Assembly: GCF_026210795.1 (NCBI RefSeq)
Contig: NC_089432.1
Coordinates: forward strand, 4,092,001 to 4,156,000
Direction: 5' to 3'
Source of the DNA: Rhizophagus irregularis
Lineage: Eukaryota
DNA: 64,000 nt
A program made the translations under genes and the position numbers. Every line of letters begins with the position of its first letter. Within the stretch, counting starts at the first letter, position 1. Positions 24,401 to 37,600 of the stretch are shown here, piece after piece. The notes under the pieces are model-generated. The model ran no database searches. It saw nothing but the letters and a program-made list of their open reading frames with translations, and was not told where the DNA came from.

Positions 24401-25505
24401 TAATTTGGAATAATAGATTAATTACAGGAGGATTTCGATCATGGAGAAAAGCAGTAACGAATGCAACGTGGAAAAATGAAATTTTAAATAGTGAAAAATT
24501 AGAAGATTTATTCATGTACAATTATAGAAAAGAATTTGATTGGATTACAAGCTTAGAATTCATCAGTAATAGAATTGAATTTTCACAAAGACAATGTGGT
24601 GCTAAAGATACGATCGACTGCTCATACAGAATTAAAAATTTGCTCAAAGAACAACCACGTATAAAACTTTATATAGAAGAAATACTAATAAAATAGATAC
24701 AGATAAATGTATAAGATGTGGGAAAATAGAACTAGAAGATTGGGAACATATATGGATATGTGAAGATAATGAATTTTCAATCGATGAAATTATACGAGAA
24801 TCACCATATAAATTTGAGAAAATCCTAACCGACTCCAATTAAAGTGAAGAATTAGATATATTAAGAAACTATAATTGTGAATTTATTAATATAATTGAAA
24901 GCCCATCAAATATTCTATTAGGAAAAAACAGAAAATGGGAATTGATCAGAGGAATATATAATAATAAATTCAATGATTTATCAAAAGAGAAGAAAGTCAA
25001 AGATCTGATAAAAAGACTCTGGATTTTTACATACGAAGAAATAAAGAATTGTATATGGATTCTGCGATGCAACAAAATAAAAAGGTTGGAAGAAAAAGCC
25101 CAAATAAAAAAAGTAGATTTAAGAAGGAAAAGAGATGAAAAAGAAGATATAATAGAAGAAGAACACGATAAACAATCGGAAAAAATAAAAAAACAAAAAA
25201 CAAATAAAAAATTGGATAAAAAAGAAAAAACAAAGAAAAGTAAACAAATTAGTCTAGTAACGTTAGATAAAATGAAAAGATCAATTACAGATGGTAATAA
25301 TATAGCTAGATCTTGGGATACACCTATTAAGATAGCGAATAGTTAAATTTAGACTTAGTATAGATAGATTTAGTTATAGTTCGATAAATACTTAGTTATA
25401 GGGTTTGAAATTTTTTCAAGCTCTAGGTGTTTAATTTTAATTATGTAATTTTTATGATTAAATAATTAATAAAATGCATTACTATTTAAAAAAAAAAAAA
25501 AAAAA
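21466..25505 (+). mobile_element. 5'-truncated non-LTR retrotransposon (LINE), degenerate ORF2 C-terminal part
   Basis: 15-bp TSD TAAACTTACAATTTT (21451-21465 and 25506-25520), AATAAA at 25468 and an 18-nt poly(A). Zinc knuckle CIRCGKIELEDWEHIWIC at ~24707. Broken ORFs at 21484, 23866, 24079 and 24942. Confidence 0.9.
22475..23704 (-). mobile_element. Non-autonomous Helitron/Helentron-like element inserted in the LINE
   Basis: On the minus strand it starts TTGTCCGGAGC and ends with GCTCCGGAC, a short hairpin AACGG-TTC-CCGTT and CTAG. It sits between A and T with no TSD, and its removal restores the LINE frame (ETLNN-IIRKNEW). Confidence 0.8.
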
Positions 25506-26339
25506 TAAACTTACAATTTTACACTTTACAACTATTTAAAAACCTTCAATTAGTTAAAGTTTGTGGTAATAAGTAGAGATAAAATTTTTTTTGATAATTA
25601 TAGTATTTTGCTATTTTAGAACAAGAAAATAAATGCTTTTTCTTTGTTTATTTAAATTAATTTTAAAAATTCTGATATTTTCCATTTATTAAAAAGGAAA
25701 TATTGTAAATTATTAGACAGTTTAATATTTATTTGCATTTTATATGTAAAGTTTTAGCATGAATATACTGCTGCTATACCTTATTTTAATTTGATATCAT
25801 AATTTTAATTGTACTTTTAGTAATTCCCAATGCTTCGGCAGTTTGCTTGTGTAATATGAACATCAGATGGCTCATCCTCATAAAATTAATTTAAAAAGTG
25901 TAATTGCAATCATTAATTATTACTATTTTTTTGTTATATTTTAACAGTATTCTATTTTATTTTAAAAAAGAAAAAAGGATGATATAAGAAAGAAAATTAA
26001 AAATCAAGTACTTCTAGTTATTATTTATCAAATATATGACTCAGACCATTATATTTTGTTGTGCAATATTTGACCTTAATGTAAATCTTATCTATTTTTA
26101 GTGAGGTACGAATCTTTTTGCACCGGCCCATATGAAATAAATTAAAAATGGTATGTGATTTCATAATGGTGTAGTTAGCCGAAAAACGGAGCCTAATCGA
26201 TCATCCGGACCCAGTTTAATTGCAGAAAATCCATTGGCTGAGCCTCACGTTGCGGCTAGTTATTTTTCATTTTTTTTTTATTTGTTTCTATCTTAAGAAA
26301 AGGATATCACTATTATCACTATAATAGAGTGGTTAGCCG

Positions 26340-29300
26340 AGAAATGAAATGTAAAGTAAAAACAACTGAACCTTAATTGCAGAACCGGAAGGACTAAAAG
26401 ACCTAAAAATAATGAAATAGAGTTAGTAAGAAACAAAGTGTAAGAATGTAAGTTAGAAATAAAAATAAAAAGAAAAAAAGAAAAATACCTCGAGACTGAA
26501 AGAATCGAGGAAACGAACCTTGAACCTATAATGAAAATGAGATTTGAACAAATGAACATGACGCGATCATGTGGCTAATCTGGCCAATCAAAAATATTAA
26601 ATCTGCCGCATGACCGAATACCCAGCTGACCCAGCCAATGTTTACCAATTCCTAATATAATTTATACTATCATTCTAATATTATAATTATAATTTAATTA
26701 TTATTTTATTAATTTTTGTTAACTAATTATTACCTATATTAAATTCCAATTATAAACAAAAAAACTGCTGTAACCATCTTTAATTTACTTAGCATTACAT
26801 TATAATACTAAAATTTTCTATTGAAACAAACTCATTGGTCCCAGTGCGGAGCAATAGGCCCGCCAATACTATATTTAATCTTATAATAATTACCTATATG
26901 AAAATTTACCTATTCCATTTAACCGAAATGTCATCTTACCGACATGTAAAATTACCTGTTCATCAAAAATTTGTTAGCTGCGCCTCACTCCTTACTGCGT
27001 CTTAACTGAAATGTAAGATTATATACCAATCTAATTATCCCTTTGTAATCTTTTCTCTATTTTTTTTTCAAATAGAATGGCTAGAATTTAGAAACAAAAA
27101 AATTTTATATCATTGAAAATATTCCTTGCTTTCTTATTGGACTTAATAATAATACTGTATTTCACTATGTTGATCATGGCTTGTCGGTAAAATAGGGACG
27201 GAACGTTAAAGATGCCGGTGAAGGCGAAATGACGCTGGTATAATTTTATGTCGGTAAATAGGTGTCGGTGAATACGGACATAATGATAGTAGTTTAAAAG
27301 AGATTTATTTACAAAAACTTGAAATTCTCTACTAAATTTAGAGAGAAAAATTTGTATATACAGTATTTATTACAATTTAATAGAAACCGCAAATTAGATT
27401 TCAAGGATGCTTAATATTCGTTCTCATATGAATAATGCAACTAATATTGAAATGATAAATAATAATATAACATACAATTGATACATCATTATTACTACAA
27501 AATACATATTATCAATCGAATTATATTTTCACACGATTAAAATAACGTGTTCAAATATTGAAGTTCACCGGTTGAAAAATTTTGAAGATTTATTGAAATA
27601 TTGTTAAAAATTTAAAAAAAACTATCAAATTGATAATATTTTAACCAAAAAAGTTTTACATTTATTAACTATAAAATCATCATCACCCTTTTTTAATATA
27701 CATTCATTTAATTGAGAATGAAAATTTCCAATATTAATAATATTAATTAGAAAATTTTTTAATTTATAGAAAAAAATGAAAAGAAAACCATTAGAATTTT
27801 TTTTATATTAAATACAAATTATAATTTAAATATTCCAAACAATATAAATGTAATCTTTGTAATGATACATTTGATGAATTAGAATATTCTTATTTCATCT
27901 TATAGTACATTTTAAAAAGATTCCAATATGTTGTTGGAATGATTATGGTAGGGATCATTTACTCATTTTATTCAAATAACGTAATACTTTATACCGAATA
28001 AAAAAATTTGATTTTATCAAGAGAGTTGTATATATCTGAATAACATTCTATAAATAATTATTTGACTTTAAATTATAACAATATTATTAAATGTTGTACC
28101 GTAAAAAGAATATATTAAAAGTATTTAATAATTTCAAAATTTCTTGATGACGTCATTACATATCTGAAAAGCACGTGTGACAGGTTAGGCCCAAATAACG
28201 GGCGACAAATAAGTTTTGGACCACTAAAAAAAATCTCTGTTGTTTTTGAACTCGTGATCAGGTGAAAACATCATCCCTTCCTATTATAGTTGTGATCGAC
28301 ACTAACTGGTCACACATGCAAATGAAAATTACTGCGTACTGTGCATCAACTGACTTTTTTGTTTGGTGGTACGCTTGTACGACTATCATCGGAATATAAA
28401 ATAGGCATACACAATAAAACTTTACTTTTTCTAACTTCACCGCTAACTTATCATTATTCAATACGTTCGATAATATCAAAATGCAAGAGGATTCATCTCA
28501 ACTTATTCAAAATTTTGATAAAATAAACATAAAAGAAATTGATCCTATGGTAATATTAAGTAAACAAGAAAATTTTGATTTTAACATTATAGTTGATGAA
28601 ATAAATGATTTAATTTATAAATTAAATAGTAAAGGAATTGAATGGGAATCAGAAAAACAAGTTATTGAATATTTTTATAATCATAATATAAATTCACAAG
28701 AATTTTATAATTGGTTATTGAATAATCAAAATAGTTCAAATTCTATTTTTATTCTTGGATATTTTAATTATTATGGAATCTTAACAAATAAAAATAAAGA
28801 GAAAGCATTTAATTTGTTTATTAATAAATTAGAAAAAAATCATATATTGGCACAACATTTTATCGGTCATTGTTATTTTTATGGAAATGGAACTATGAAA
28901 AATGATAAATTAGCTTTTGAATATTATGAAAAAGTGGCTAATAAAAATTTAACATATGGCCAATTAAGTCTTGGTTATTGTTATAGAAATGAAATAGGCG
29001 TTGAAAAAGATTCAAAAAAGGCTTTTTATTTGTATGAAAAAGCTGCAAATAATGGAAACATAATAGCAATATATAATCTTGGTATCTTATATGAAGATGG
29101 AATTGGTACTAAAAAAGATAATAATAAAGCTTTTAAATTGTTTAAGCAATCAGCCGAAGTTGGATATTTAGGTGGAATAATGATGTTAGGATATTGCTAT
29201 GATTTAGGTATTGGAACTAAAATTGATAAGCAAAAAGCGTTTGAATTATATCAAAATGCTGCAAATTTAGGACATAATATAGCACAAAATAATCTTGCTT

Positions 29301-29594
29301 TAATGTATGAAGAAGGAGATGGAATTGCAAAAGATATAGATAAAGCAATTTATTGGTATGAAAAATCTGCCAAACAAGGATATGCGTCAGCAAAAAATAA
29401 TTTAAGTGACCTTCAGAAAAAAATCAATAATTTATAGTAATTTCTCTTTAATTATTAAATTAAAAGGTTAAAACATTTATTTAGTGTTTATTTTTCCTTT
29501 GCTTTAAACATAAAATAAATAAATTGTTATAATTTTATTATATATTTTTTATAATCATTTTTATATAATTTTCTTTTATGTTTAAACATAATTT
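26340..29594 (+). repeat. Left arm of a ~3.2 kb inverted duplication
   Basis: Reverse complement of 32743-35899, apart from scattered substitutions and small indels in the non-coding parts. Confidence 0.9.
28481..29437 (+). CDS. Kinase-less Sel1-like repeat protein (318 aa)
   Basis: Intact intronless ORF; differs from 32874-33830 at one residue (D/N). Confidence 0.92.
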   Translation: MQEDSSQLIQNFDKINIKEIDPMVILSKQENFDFNIIVDEINDLIYKLNSKGIEWESEKQVIEYFYNHNINSQEFYNWLLNNQNSSNSIFILGYFNYYGILTNKNKEKAFNLFINKLEKNHILAQHFIGHCYFYGNGTMKNDKLAFEYYEKVANKNLTYGQLSLGYCYRNEIGVEKDSKKAFYLYEKAANNGNIIAIYNLGILYEDGIGTKKDNNKAFKLFKQSAEVGYLGGIMMLGYCYDLGIGTKIDKQKAFELYQNAANLGHNIAQNNLALMYEEGDGIAKDIDKAIYWYEKSAKQGYASAKNNLSDLQKKINNL

Positions 29595-30392
29595 CATTGC
29601 TGAAATCCGTGATTTTATGACATCACTTTCTCTATATTATCACGTTGTTATTTTAGTAACGTAACAATCATTGTACGTTAACACGAAATTGCAATACATT
29701 TACAATACTGTTTTTGCGTTGTTTGATATATTGTGACTATATCATAAATATGGCTTTTTTTATATTAAATTTTTTAAGTATTATTTTTTTCACTTTCATA
29801 ATATTGATGTTGAAAATGTGACTACAATGCTTATAATTGCATAGTAACGAACTAACGATGATGATACTAGTATATTATACTGAAATAATCAATTGGTTTT
29901 ATGCCACAGATATTTATACTTAAGTATCAGCTAATGTAAGACAAAAAAATTTAACAATAATTTCTTAAAATATTTCTGAATGCCATTTATTTTTTTATTA
30001 TTTATATTCATTCTATAGACACTAGTAATGGATATACATATCAAAATCAAATTTATTTTATGTCAAGCAGGAAAAAAAAAATCAAATTTCGGGGAAAAGC
30101 CCCTAATTTATATAAAATTATGTATCACATGATTAACGTGACAATTTTAACAGATCAGCCACTTTTTTTTAAAAACTTTAACAAACCTTTTTCCTTTCTC
30201 ACAGTCTCACCCTTTGCCTTCCCCATCTTTTTCTCTTTCTCTCGTTTCACTCTCTCAAATAAAAATCTTTAGTGGAACTTTTAGCAACATGTTGATATTT
30301 TTCTTTATTAGACAAAAATCATTGCATTATGCAATGAAAATTAAGAGTTCATAATGATTTTTTTTTAAAAAAAATAAGTATATTATAACTTA

Positions 30393-30520
30393 AATGTCAA
30401 TATAACTTCGGTAAAAAAATGGATTGAGAAAAAGCTAGAGAATGAGTGTATTCATTATTTTAAATATGATGAATTTATAATCGATGAAGAAGAAATTGGT
30501 AGAGGAAGGGCAGAATTCTG
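30393..30520 (+). pseudogene. Fragment of the first exon of a different protein-kinase gene
   Basis: KKWIEKKLENECIHYFKYDEFIIDEEEIGRG resembles [28 protein letters not shown]. It has upstream stops and no downstream kinase exons. Confidence 0.55.
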
Positions 30521-31378
30521 GTAAGATTTTCTTTTCTTTTTTTTAACTTTATTTTTTTAATGAATGGTTCTAATGGTTCATTTTTTTTCTTTCTTTAGAT
30601 GACACAAATTTCTAATTTTGGAAATAGTGTAACGACGATCGATACCAATTAAGGGAATTTCACATAAAATGAAATTTCGAAAAAAGAAATTTCAAAAATC
30701 TGAAATTTCAAATTTCAAAATTTCGATTTTCATAATTTTGTCACTTTTGGTCCAAATGGTACACCGTAGTATTATATTCGACATCTTTTATAAAAATAAT
30801 TGATATTTTTGATTAATTATTTTTAATTAACAGTAAACAGTTAATATCAAATGCACCTTTGATTTTTAATTATTATTTTTGAATATAAATTACAAACCTT
30901 AATTAAATGATTTCTGTAAAATAATTGACCTTATTAAAATTTTTAATAATAATGAGATTATCAAAGAATTTTTTGTTTTCTTATTAAAACATTTTAGTTG
31001 TCATCCTTTCAAGAATTTCAATGATTTTTTTCTTCTGAATAAATACATTATTTATCATGGATTATTTTCCCAATAGTAAATAGACATGAATATAAAGGTT
31101 CTTCAGTTTATTTCTGAAAAATATTCCAAGACTTTTTTAATAATACAATGCATACTTTGGTTTTCTTTTTTATTTAAAAGTAAAAAAATTGAACAAAGAA
31201 AGTGACTTATTTATAATTTCATATTATGTGATTTAATTTATATTTATAATTACATATTTTCTTTTTATTCTAATTCCTCCACCATGATTATCTTTAAGAA
31301 TAATATGACTTCTTTATAATTGTTTTGCTTTGGATTTAGGGATGGCAACGGTTGGTTATGGTCAGTTATCAGTCAGTC

Positions 31379-31623
31379 TAAAGTTGCTGGAGAAACTAGG
31401 AGGTTTTGGCAAGTTGGCGAAATGCCAAAATAGTGAAACTTTGCCAAAACTATATGAAAGTCTTATTAAAAAGTTAGCGAAACTCTGGAGAAAAGTGAAA
31501 CCTGACAAAACTTATTATAAATGCTGAAACTGCCAAAACCTTGCCAAAACTATAATAAAACTATAGTAAAATCTTGGAGAAACTAATCGTAGAATTTTGG
31601 AGAGGTTTGGGCAGGCAACCTTA
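31379..31623. mobile_element. Nested hAT-type MITE
   Basis: TAAAGTTGC / GCAACCTTA ends with perfect 8-bp TSD AGTCAGTC; absent from the 62986 copy of the host element. Confidence 0.75.
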
Positions 31624-31874
31624 AGTCAGTCATAACCAGTTAAGGGCCTTTGACTGACCAACTATTTTGGCTGACCATTTTTCTGACCATTTAACTGACT
31701 GTTTAACCAACCATTTAACTAATCACTTCTTTCTTTTTAACAAATTTTAATCAAAAAAAAATGGTATTTAACTTTTTTTATTAATTAAGTTTGTAAAAAA
31801 AGTGTTAAGTGAATAAATTTGGCTAATTAATCAGTTAAACAGTCGGTTAAACAGTCAGTCAAACTGGTTGGTTA

Positions 31875-32085
31875 CAGCTGATTTCATAATGTACGGGACA
31901 CTTGGCAAAATTTAAAGAACTCGTAAATATTCAGTAAAGTTTGAAATAAGATAAAATTATACCACCATTCTCAGATAGTACTCCAAAATTACTAGCATAT
32001 AATTTTTATTTTATATCAAGCTTTACTGAATACTTCTGAGTTCTTTAAAATTTGCCAAATGTTCCGCACATTATGAAATCAGCTG
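31875..32085. mobile_element. Nested Tc1/mariner-type MITE
   Basis: Long TIR CAGCTGATTTCATAATGT... / ...ACATTATGAAATCAGCTG with TA flanks. Confidence 0.85.
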
Positions 32086-32742
32086 TAAATGGTTGTCAGA
32101 AGCCTTTGACCAACTGATATTGGTCACGATTATAACCGGTCATGACTGGTTAATGACCATGACCATTGCCATTCCTATTTGTATTCTATTTTCACTAAAA
32201 TTTAATTTATCTTCCTTTAAAAATCACCTATTTAAATGGATAATTATTTAAATGAATATTATTAAACTAATTAGCTAATATCGATATGTGTTATATTATA
32301 GAATTTCTCATTTAATCTAGATATGGAATCCCAATATTATGAAAGAATTATATTCTGTAAAGAAAAGCTTTTGAATGATTAAAATACTAAATATATATAA
32401 ATTGTTACATTATAAACATCTTTATAATTGCTAGTAATAAGTATAGTTATAAGTAAGGTTAAAAACTTTTAATTGATTAATTTATTCACCTTTACTTTTT
32501 TTTAATGGTAAAGGTTGGATGATTTTTATCAAAATCATTTTGTATAGAATATCCAAAAACTGACTAGGAATTTTCTTTTATTTTAGCTTTAAGATTTATG
32601 TTTTACTTACTTATTATCATTTTACAATTGAGTTATTTCCTATAATTTATTTTTAAAAGTAGCAAAGAATACAAGCATTAAAATTTTATACTCTTAAATT
32701 TTTTATATTTGAAAAACATTTGAAAGATATTATAATATACAT

Positions 32743-35700
32743 AAATTATGTTTAAACATAAAAGTAAATTATATAAAAATGATTATAAAAAATATATAAT
32801 AAAGTTATAACAATTTATTTGTTTTATGTTTAAAGCAAAAGAAAAATAAACACTAATAATTAAAGAGAAATTACTATAAATTATTGATTTTTTTCTGAAG
32901 GTTACTTAAATTATTTTTTGCTGACGCATATCCTTGTTTGGCAGATTTTTCATACCAATAAATTGCTTTATCTATATCTTTTGCAATTCCATCTCCTTCT
33001 TCATACATTAAAGCAAGATTATTTTGTGCTATATTATGTCCTAAATTTGCAGCATTTTGATATAATTCAAACGCTTTTTGCTTATCAATTTTAGTTCCAA
33101 TACCTAAATCATAGCAATATCCTAACATCATTATTCCACCTAAATATCCAACTTCGGCTGATTGCTTAAACAATTTAAAAGCTTTATTATTATCTTTTTT
33201 AGTACCAATTCCATCTTCATATAAGATACCAAGATTATATATTGCTATTATGTTTCCATTATTTGCAGCTTTTTCATACAAATAAAAAGCCTTTTTTGAA
33301 TCTTTTTCAACGCCTATTTCATTTCTATAACAATAACCAAGACTTAATTGGCCATATGTTAAATTTTTATTAGCCACTTTTTCATAATATTCAAAAGCTA
33401 ATTTATCATTTTTCATAGTTCCATTTCCATAAAAATAACAATGACCGATAAAATGTTGTGCCAATATATGATTTTTTTCTAATTTATTAATAAACAAATT
33501 AAATGCTTTCTCTTTATTTTTATTTGTTAAGATTCCATAATAATTAAAATATCCAAGAATAAAAATAGAATTTGAACTATTTTGATTATTCAATAACCAA
33601 TTATAAAATTCTTGTGAATTTATATTATGATTATAAAAATATTCAATAACTTGTTTTTCTGATTCCCATTCAATTCCTTTACTATTTAATTTATAAATTA
33701 AATCATTTATTTCATCAACTATAATGTTAAAATCAAAATTTTCTTGTTTACTTAATATTACCATAGGATCAATTTCTTTTATGTTTATTTTATCAAAATT
33801 TTGAATAAGTTGAGATGAATCCTCTTGCATTTTGATATTATCGAACGTATTGAATAATGATAAGTTAGCGGTGAAGTTAGAAAAAGTAAAGTTTTATTGT
33901 GTATGCCTATTTTATATTCCGATGATAGTCGTACAAGCGTACCACCAAACAAAAAAGTCAGTTGATGCTCACCTTGGTACAGTACGCAGTAATTTTCATT
34001 TGCATGTGTGACCAGTTAGTGTCGATCACAACTATAATAGGAAGGGATGATGTTTTCACCTGATCACGAGTTCAAAAACAACAGAGATTTTTTTTAGTGG
34101 TCCAAAACTTATTTGTCACCTGTTATTTGGGTCTAACCTGTCACACGTGCTTTTCACATATGTAATGACGTCATCAAGAAATTTTGAAATTATTAAATAC
34201 TTTTAATATATTCTTTTTACGGTACAACATTTAATAATATTGTTATAATTTAAAGTCAAATAATTATTTATAGAATGTTATTCAGATATATACAACTCTC
34301 TTGATAAAATCAAATTTTTTTATTCGGTATAAAGTATTACGTTATTTGAATAAAATGAGTAAATGATTCCTACCATAATCATTCCAACAACATATTGGAA
34401 TCTTTTTAAAATGTACTATAAGATGAAATAAGAATATTCTAATTCATCAAATGTATCATACAAAGATTACATTTATATTGTTTAGAATATTTAAATTATA
34501 ATTTGTATTTAATATGAAAAAAATTCTAATGGTTTTCTTTTCATTTTTTTCTATAAATTAAAAAATTTTCTAATTAATATTATTAATATTGGAAATTTTC
34601 ATTCTCAATTAAATAAATGTTAATTAAAAAAGAGTGATGATGATTTTATAGTTAATAAATGTAAAACTTTTTTGGTCAAAATATTATCAATTTGATAGTT
34701 TTTTTTAAATTTTTAACAATATTTCAATAAATCTTCAAAATTTTTCAACCGGTGAACTTCAATATTTGAACACGTTATTTTAATCGTGTGAAAATATAAT
34801 TCGATTGATAATATGTATTTTGTAATAATAATGATGTATCAATTGTATGTTATATTATTATTTATCATTTCAATATTAGTTGCATTATTCATATGAGAAC
34901 GAATATTAAGCATCCTTGAAATCTAATTTGCGGTTTCTATTAAATTGTAATAAATACTGTATATACAAATTTTTCTCTCTAAATTTAGTAGAGAATTTCA
35001 AGTTTTTGTAAATAAATTTCTTTTAAACTACTATCATTATGTCCGTATTCACCGACACCTATTTACCGACATAAAATTATACCGGCGTCATTTTGCCTTC
35101 ACCGGCATCTTTAACGTTCCGTCCCTATTTTACCGATTGACCAACATAGTGAAATACAGTATTAATATTAAGTCCAATAAGAAAGCAAGGAATATTTTCA
35201 ATGATATAAAATTTTTTTGTTTCTAAATTCTATCTGTTATATTTGAAAAAAAATAGAGAAAAGATTACAAAGGAATAATTAGATTGATATATAATCTTAC
35301 ATTTCAGAACTTGAAATAATTTGAATTAAGGCGCAGTAAGGAGTGAGGCGCAGCTAATAAATTTTTGATGAAATGTAATTTTACATGTCGGTAAAATGAC
35401 TATTTCGGTAAAATGGAATAGGTAAATTTTCATATAGGTAATTATTATAACCGGACCAATGAGTTTGTTTAAATAGAAAATTTTAGTATTAAAGATGGTT
35501 ACAGCAGTTTTTTGTTTATAATTGGAATTCAATATAGGTAATAATTAGTTAATAAAAATTAATAAATAATAATTAAATTATAATTATAATAATATTAGAA
35601 ATATTGGGAATTGGTAAACATCGATCATGCGGCAGATTTAATATTTTTGATTGGCCAGATTGGCCACATGATCGCGTCATATTCATTTGTTCATCAAATC

Positions 35701-35899
35701 TCATTTTCATAGGTTCGAGGTTCGTTTCCTCGGTTCTTTCGGTCTCGAGGTATTTTTCTTTTTTTCTTTTTATTTTTATTTCTAACTTACATTCTTACAC
35801 TTTGTTTCTTACTAACTCTATTTCATTATTTTTAGGTCTTTTAGTCCTTCCAGTTCTGCAATTAAGGTTTAGTTGTTTTTCACTTTACATTTCGTTTCT
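32743..35899 (-). repeat. Right arm of the inverted duplication (probable source copy)
   Basis: Retains the normal downstream flank (30767-32742) and the complete MULE-like element, whereas the left arm is truncated at both ends. Confidence 0.88.
32874..33830 (-). CDS. Kinase-less Sel1-like repeat protein (318 aa)
   Basis: Intact ORF, inverted twin of 28481-29437. Confidence 0.92.
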   Translation of the reverse strand: MQEDSSQLIQNFDKINIKEIDPMVILSKQENFDFNIIVDEINDLIYKLNSKGIEWESEKQVIEYFYNHNINSQEFYNWLLNNQNSSNSIFILGYFNYYGILTNKNKEKAFNLFINKLEKNHILAQHFIGHCYFYGNGTMKNDKLAFEYYEKVANKNLTYGQLSLGYCYRNEIGVEKDSKKAFYLYEKAANNGNIIAIYNLGILYEDGIGTKKDNNKAFKLFKQSAEVGYLGGIMMLGYCYDLGIGTKIDKQKAFELYQNAANLGHNIAQNNLALMYEEGDGIAKDIDKAIYWYEKSAKQGYASAKNNLSNLQKKINNL

Positions 35900-37088
35900 T
35901 ATTTTTTTATTTTTTATTATTTTGTTTCTGTTTTATATTTCGTTTTTACTAATTTTATTTCATTTTTTTTAGATCTTTTAGTTCTTTCGCCCAGTAATAG
36001 TTTTTGTATAAATCTATACCAAACGGGCTCATCGGCTCGAAATTAGCTCAAATTTATGCAAAAAATAATCCAAATTTAAGCCAATCTAGAGCCAATTATA
36101 TATGGATGAGTCCATTTGGTACAAATTTATACAAAAACTATTTACTGGGTCGGTTCTATAATTAATAAAGGTATGTTTTTTATTTTTTTTATTTTGTTTC
36201 TATCTTATATTTCGTTTCTTACTAACTTCACTTTTTTACTTTATGATTTATTTTTTTACTTGGTTTCCTATCATTATCTTTTGCTACTCAACCTTCTATC
36301 ATAATCATTTTTTTTATTTTTGTCTCTCATCATTTTCCACCTCCTATTACTTCTCATTATTCCATTCTTTTCGTCTCCCATTATTTTCTATTACATCTTT
36401 TCATTTTCCATTATTTCTTATTCTCTCTTGTTTACTTCCCATCATTTCTTTTTGTCTCTCATCACTCCTTTTCGTCTCCCATCACTCCTCTTCATCTTCC
36501 CATCACTTCTTTTTGTCTCCCATCGCCTTCCATCACTCCTTTTCGTTTCCCATCACTCCTCTTCACCTTATCATTATTCCTCTTCATCTTCTCATCGCTC
36601 CTTTTCATCTCCCATCACTCCTTTTCTTCTCCTATTACTCCTCTTCATCTTTCTATCACTCCTTTTCGTCTCCCATCATGTCCTATTTCTCCTTTTTGTT
36701 CCTATCACTTTATTACTCTTTTTTACTCCCCTTCATCTTCTATTACTTCTCATTACTCCATTGTTATTTCATTTTTTTATTGGCATCTTTTTTCTTGATC
36801 ATTGTAATTTACTTTTCTTTCATTTGTATCACTTCATTAAAAAATAAATACATTGATTTTTTTCTTTAAAATCGTAAATGTGTGATTTAAATTTTAATAT
36901 TTGCAAATAAAATATCATTAGATAAGATTATTTTGGATAAATATGTTTGCAAAAATTTTTTTTTTTAAAGTAGATCTTTGCGATAAAATTTTTAATCAGC
37001 CGTCAGCCGATTAATATATTGTACATCATGTGACATATTTGAAAAAAAACCCAGGCGACAATCGCCCAGGCGACGTTTAGCAATTCCC
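35606..37088. mobile_element. Mutator-like non-autonomous element with internal CT-rich degenerate repeats
   Basis: TIR GGGAATTGGTAAACATCG / CGACGTTTAGCAATTCCC. The right flank AATTATATT equals the flank preserved in the inverted copy at 26654-26662, giving a 9-bp TSD. Confidence 0.7.
35990..36149. mobile_element. CCCAG...CTGGG MITE (3-bp TSD, CACTA/CMC-like)
   Basis: Long TIRs, TSD TCG; near-identical copy at 56245-56405. Confidence 0.88.
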
Positions 37089-37149
37089 AATTATATTTAC
37101 AATAATGTAGCTATTTATATTACTGATTTGACGTTTGAGTGTAGAATTA

Positions 37150-37600
37150 AGGAATTGTGAAATAATAATTATCAATAAAGTTGATTAACTTTTAGAAGTA
37201 TTTTCGAAAAAATTTTAATATTATGAAAATAATACACAAATATTTTTATTAATTAAATTATAAATTTTATAATTATTTCTTATTATTTTATATTACGTCA
37301 ATCTTAAATTTATAACAAACTTAGGAAAAATATTTGAAGAATTAAATGTATTAGAATCTGTTCATTTATTTATTATTATCCTTTTGATATTCATTTTACT
37401 CATTTTACTTGATAAATTATTAATTTAACTAAACCATTTGAATTAAAATCTTTATTCAAAAATCTGGTGATTATTTAGAGTATTTCGGATATGGATTTGG
37501 TTATTTTTTTTTGATTTTTATGAATTTGAAAATCAAACTATTTATCCAGCGTTCAATTTAATTGAAAAAACCTTAATCATCTTTCTATTAACGTATCTCA
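37150..37600 (+). pseudogene. Degenerate fragment resembling the LRR/RNI-like region of glomeromycete F-box proteins
   Basis: Broken frames give KIFEELNVLESVH, IINLTKPFELKSLF and KSGDYLEYF. Recognised from memory of this family, not verified. Confidence 0.4.

Larger units (their letters stand above)
21120..26130. mobile_element. Non-autonomous TIR element (TA TSD, Tc1/mariner-like) hosting a LINE
   Basis: Perfect 29-bp TIR TGGGCCGGTGCAAAAAGATTCGTACCTCA at 21120 and its reverse complement ending at 26130, with TA on both sides. Confidence 0.85.
31337..32177. mobile_element. hAT-type MITE carrying two nested MITEs
   Basis: TAGGGATGGCAA / TTGCCATTCCTA ends; 8-bp TSD TTTGGATT/TTTGTATT; same family as 62986-63603. 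Confidence 0.85.

Noticed and set aside
26293..26559. Duplicated small ORF (also 35604-35972)
   Set aside because: Lies in the end of a MULE-like element copied by the inverted duplication; its composition is T-rich and not protein-like.
36243..36869. Two long hydrophobic ORFs (208 and 175 aa)
   Set aside because: They arise from CT-rich low-complexity sequence that lacks stop codons on this strand, inside a MULE-like element.
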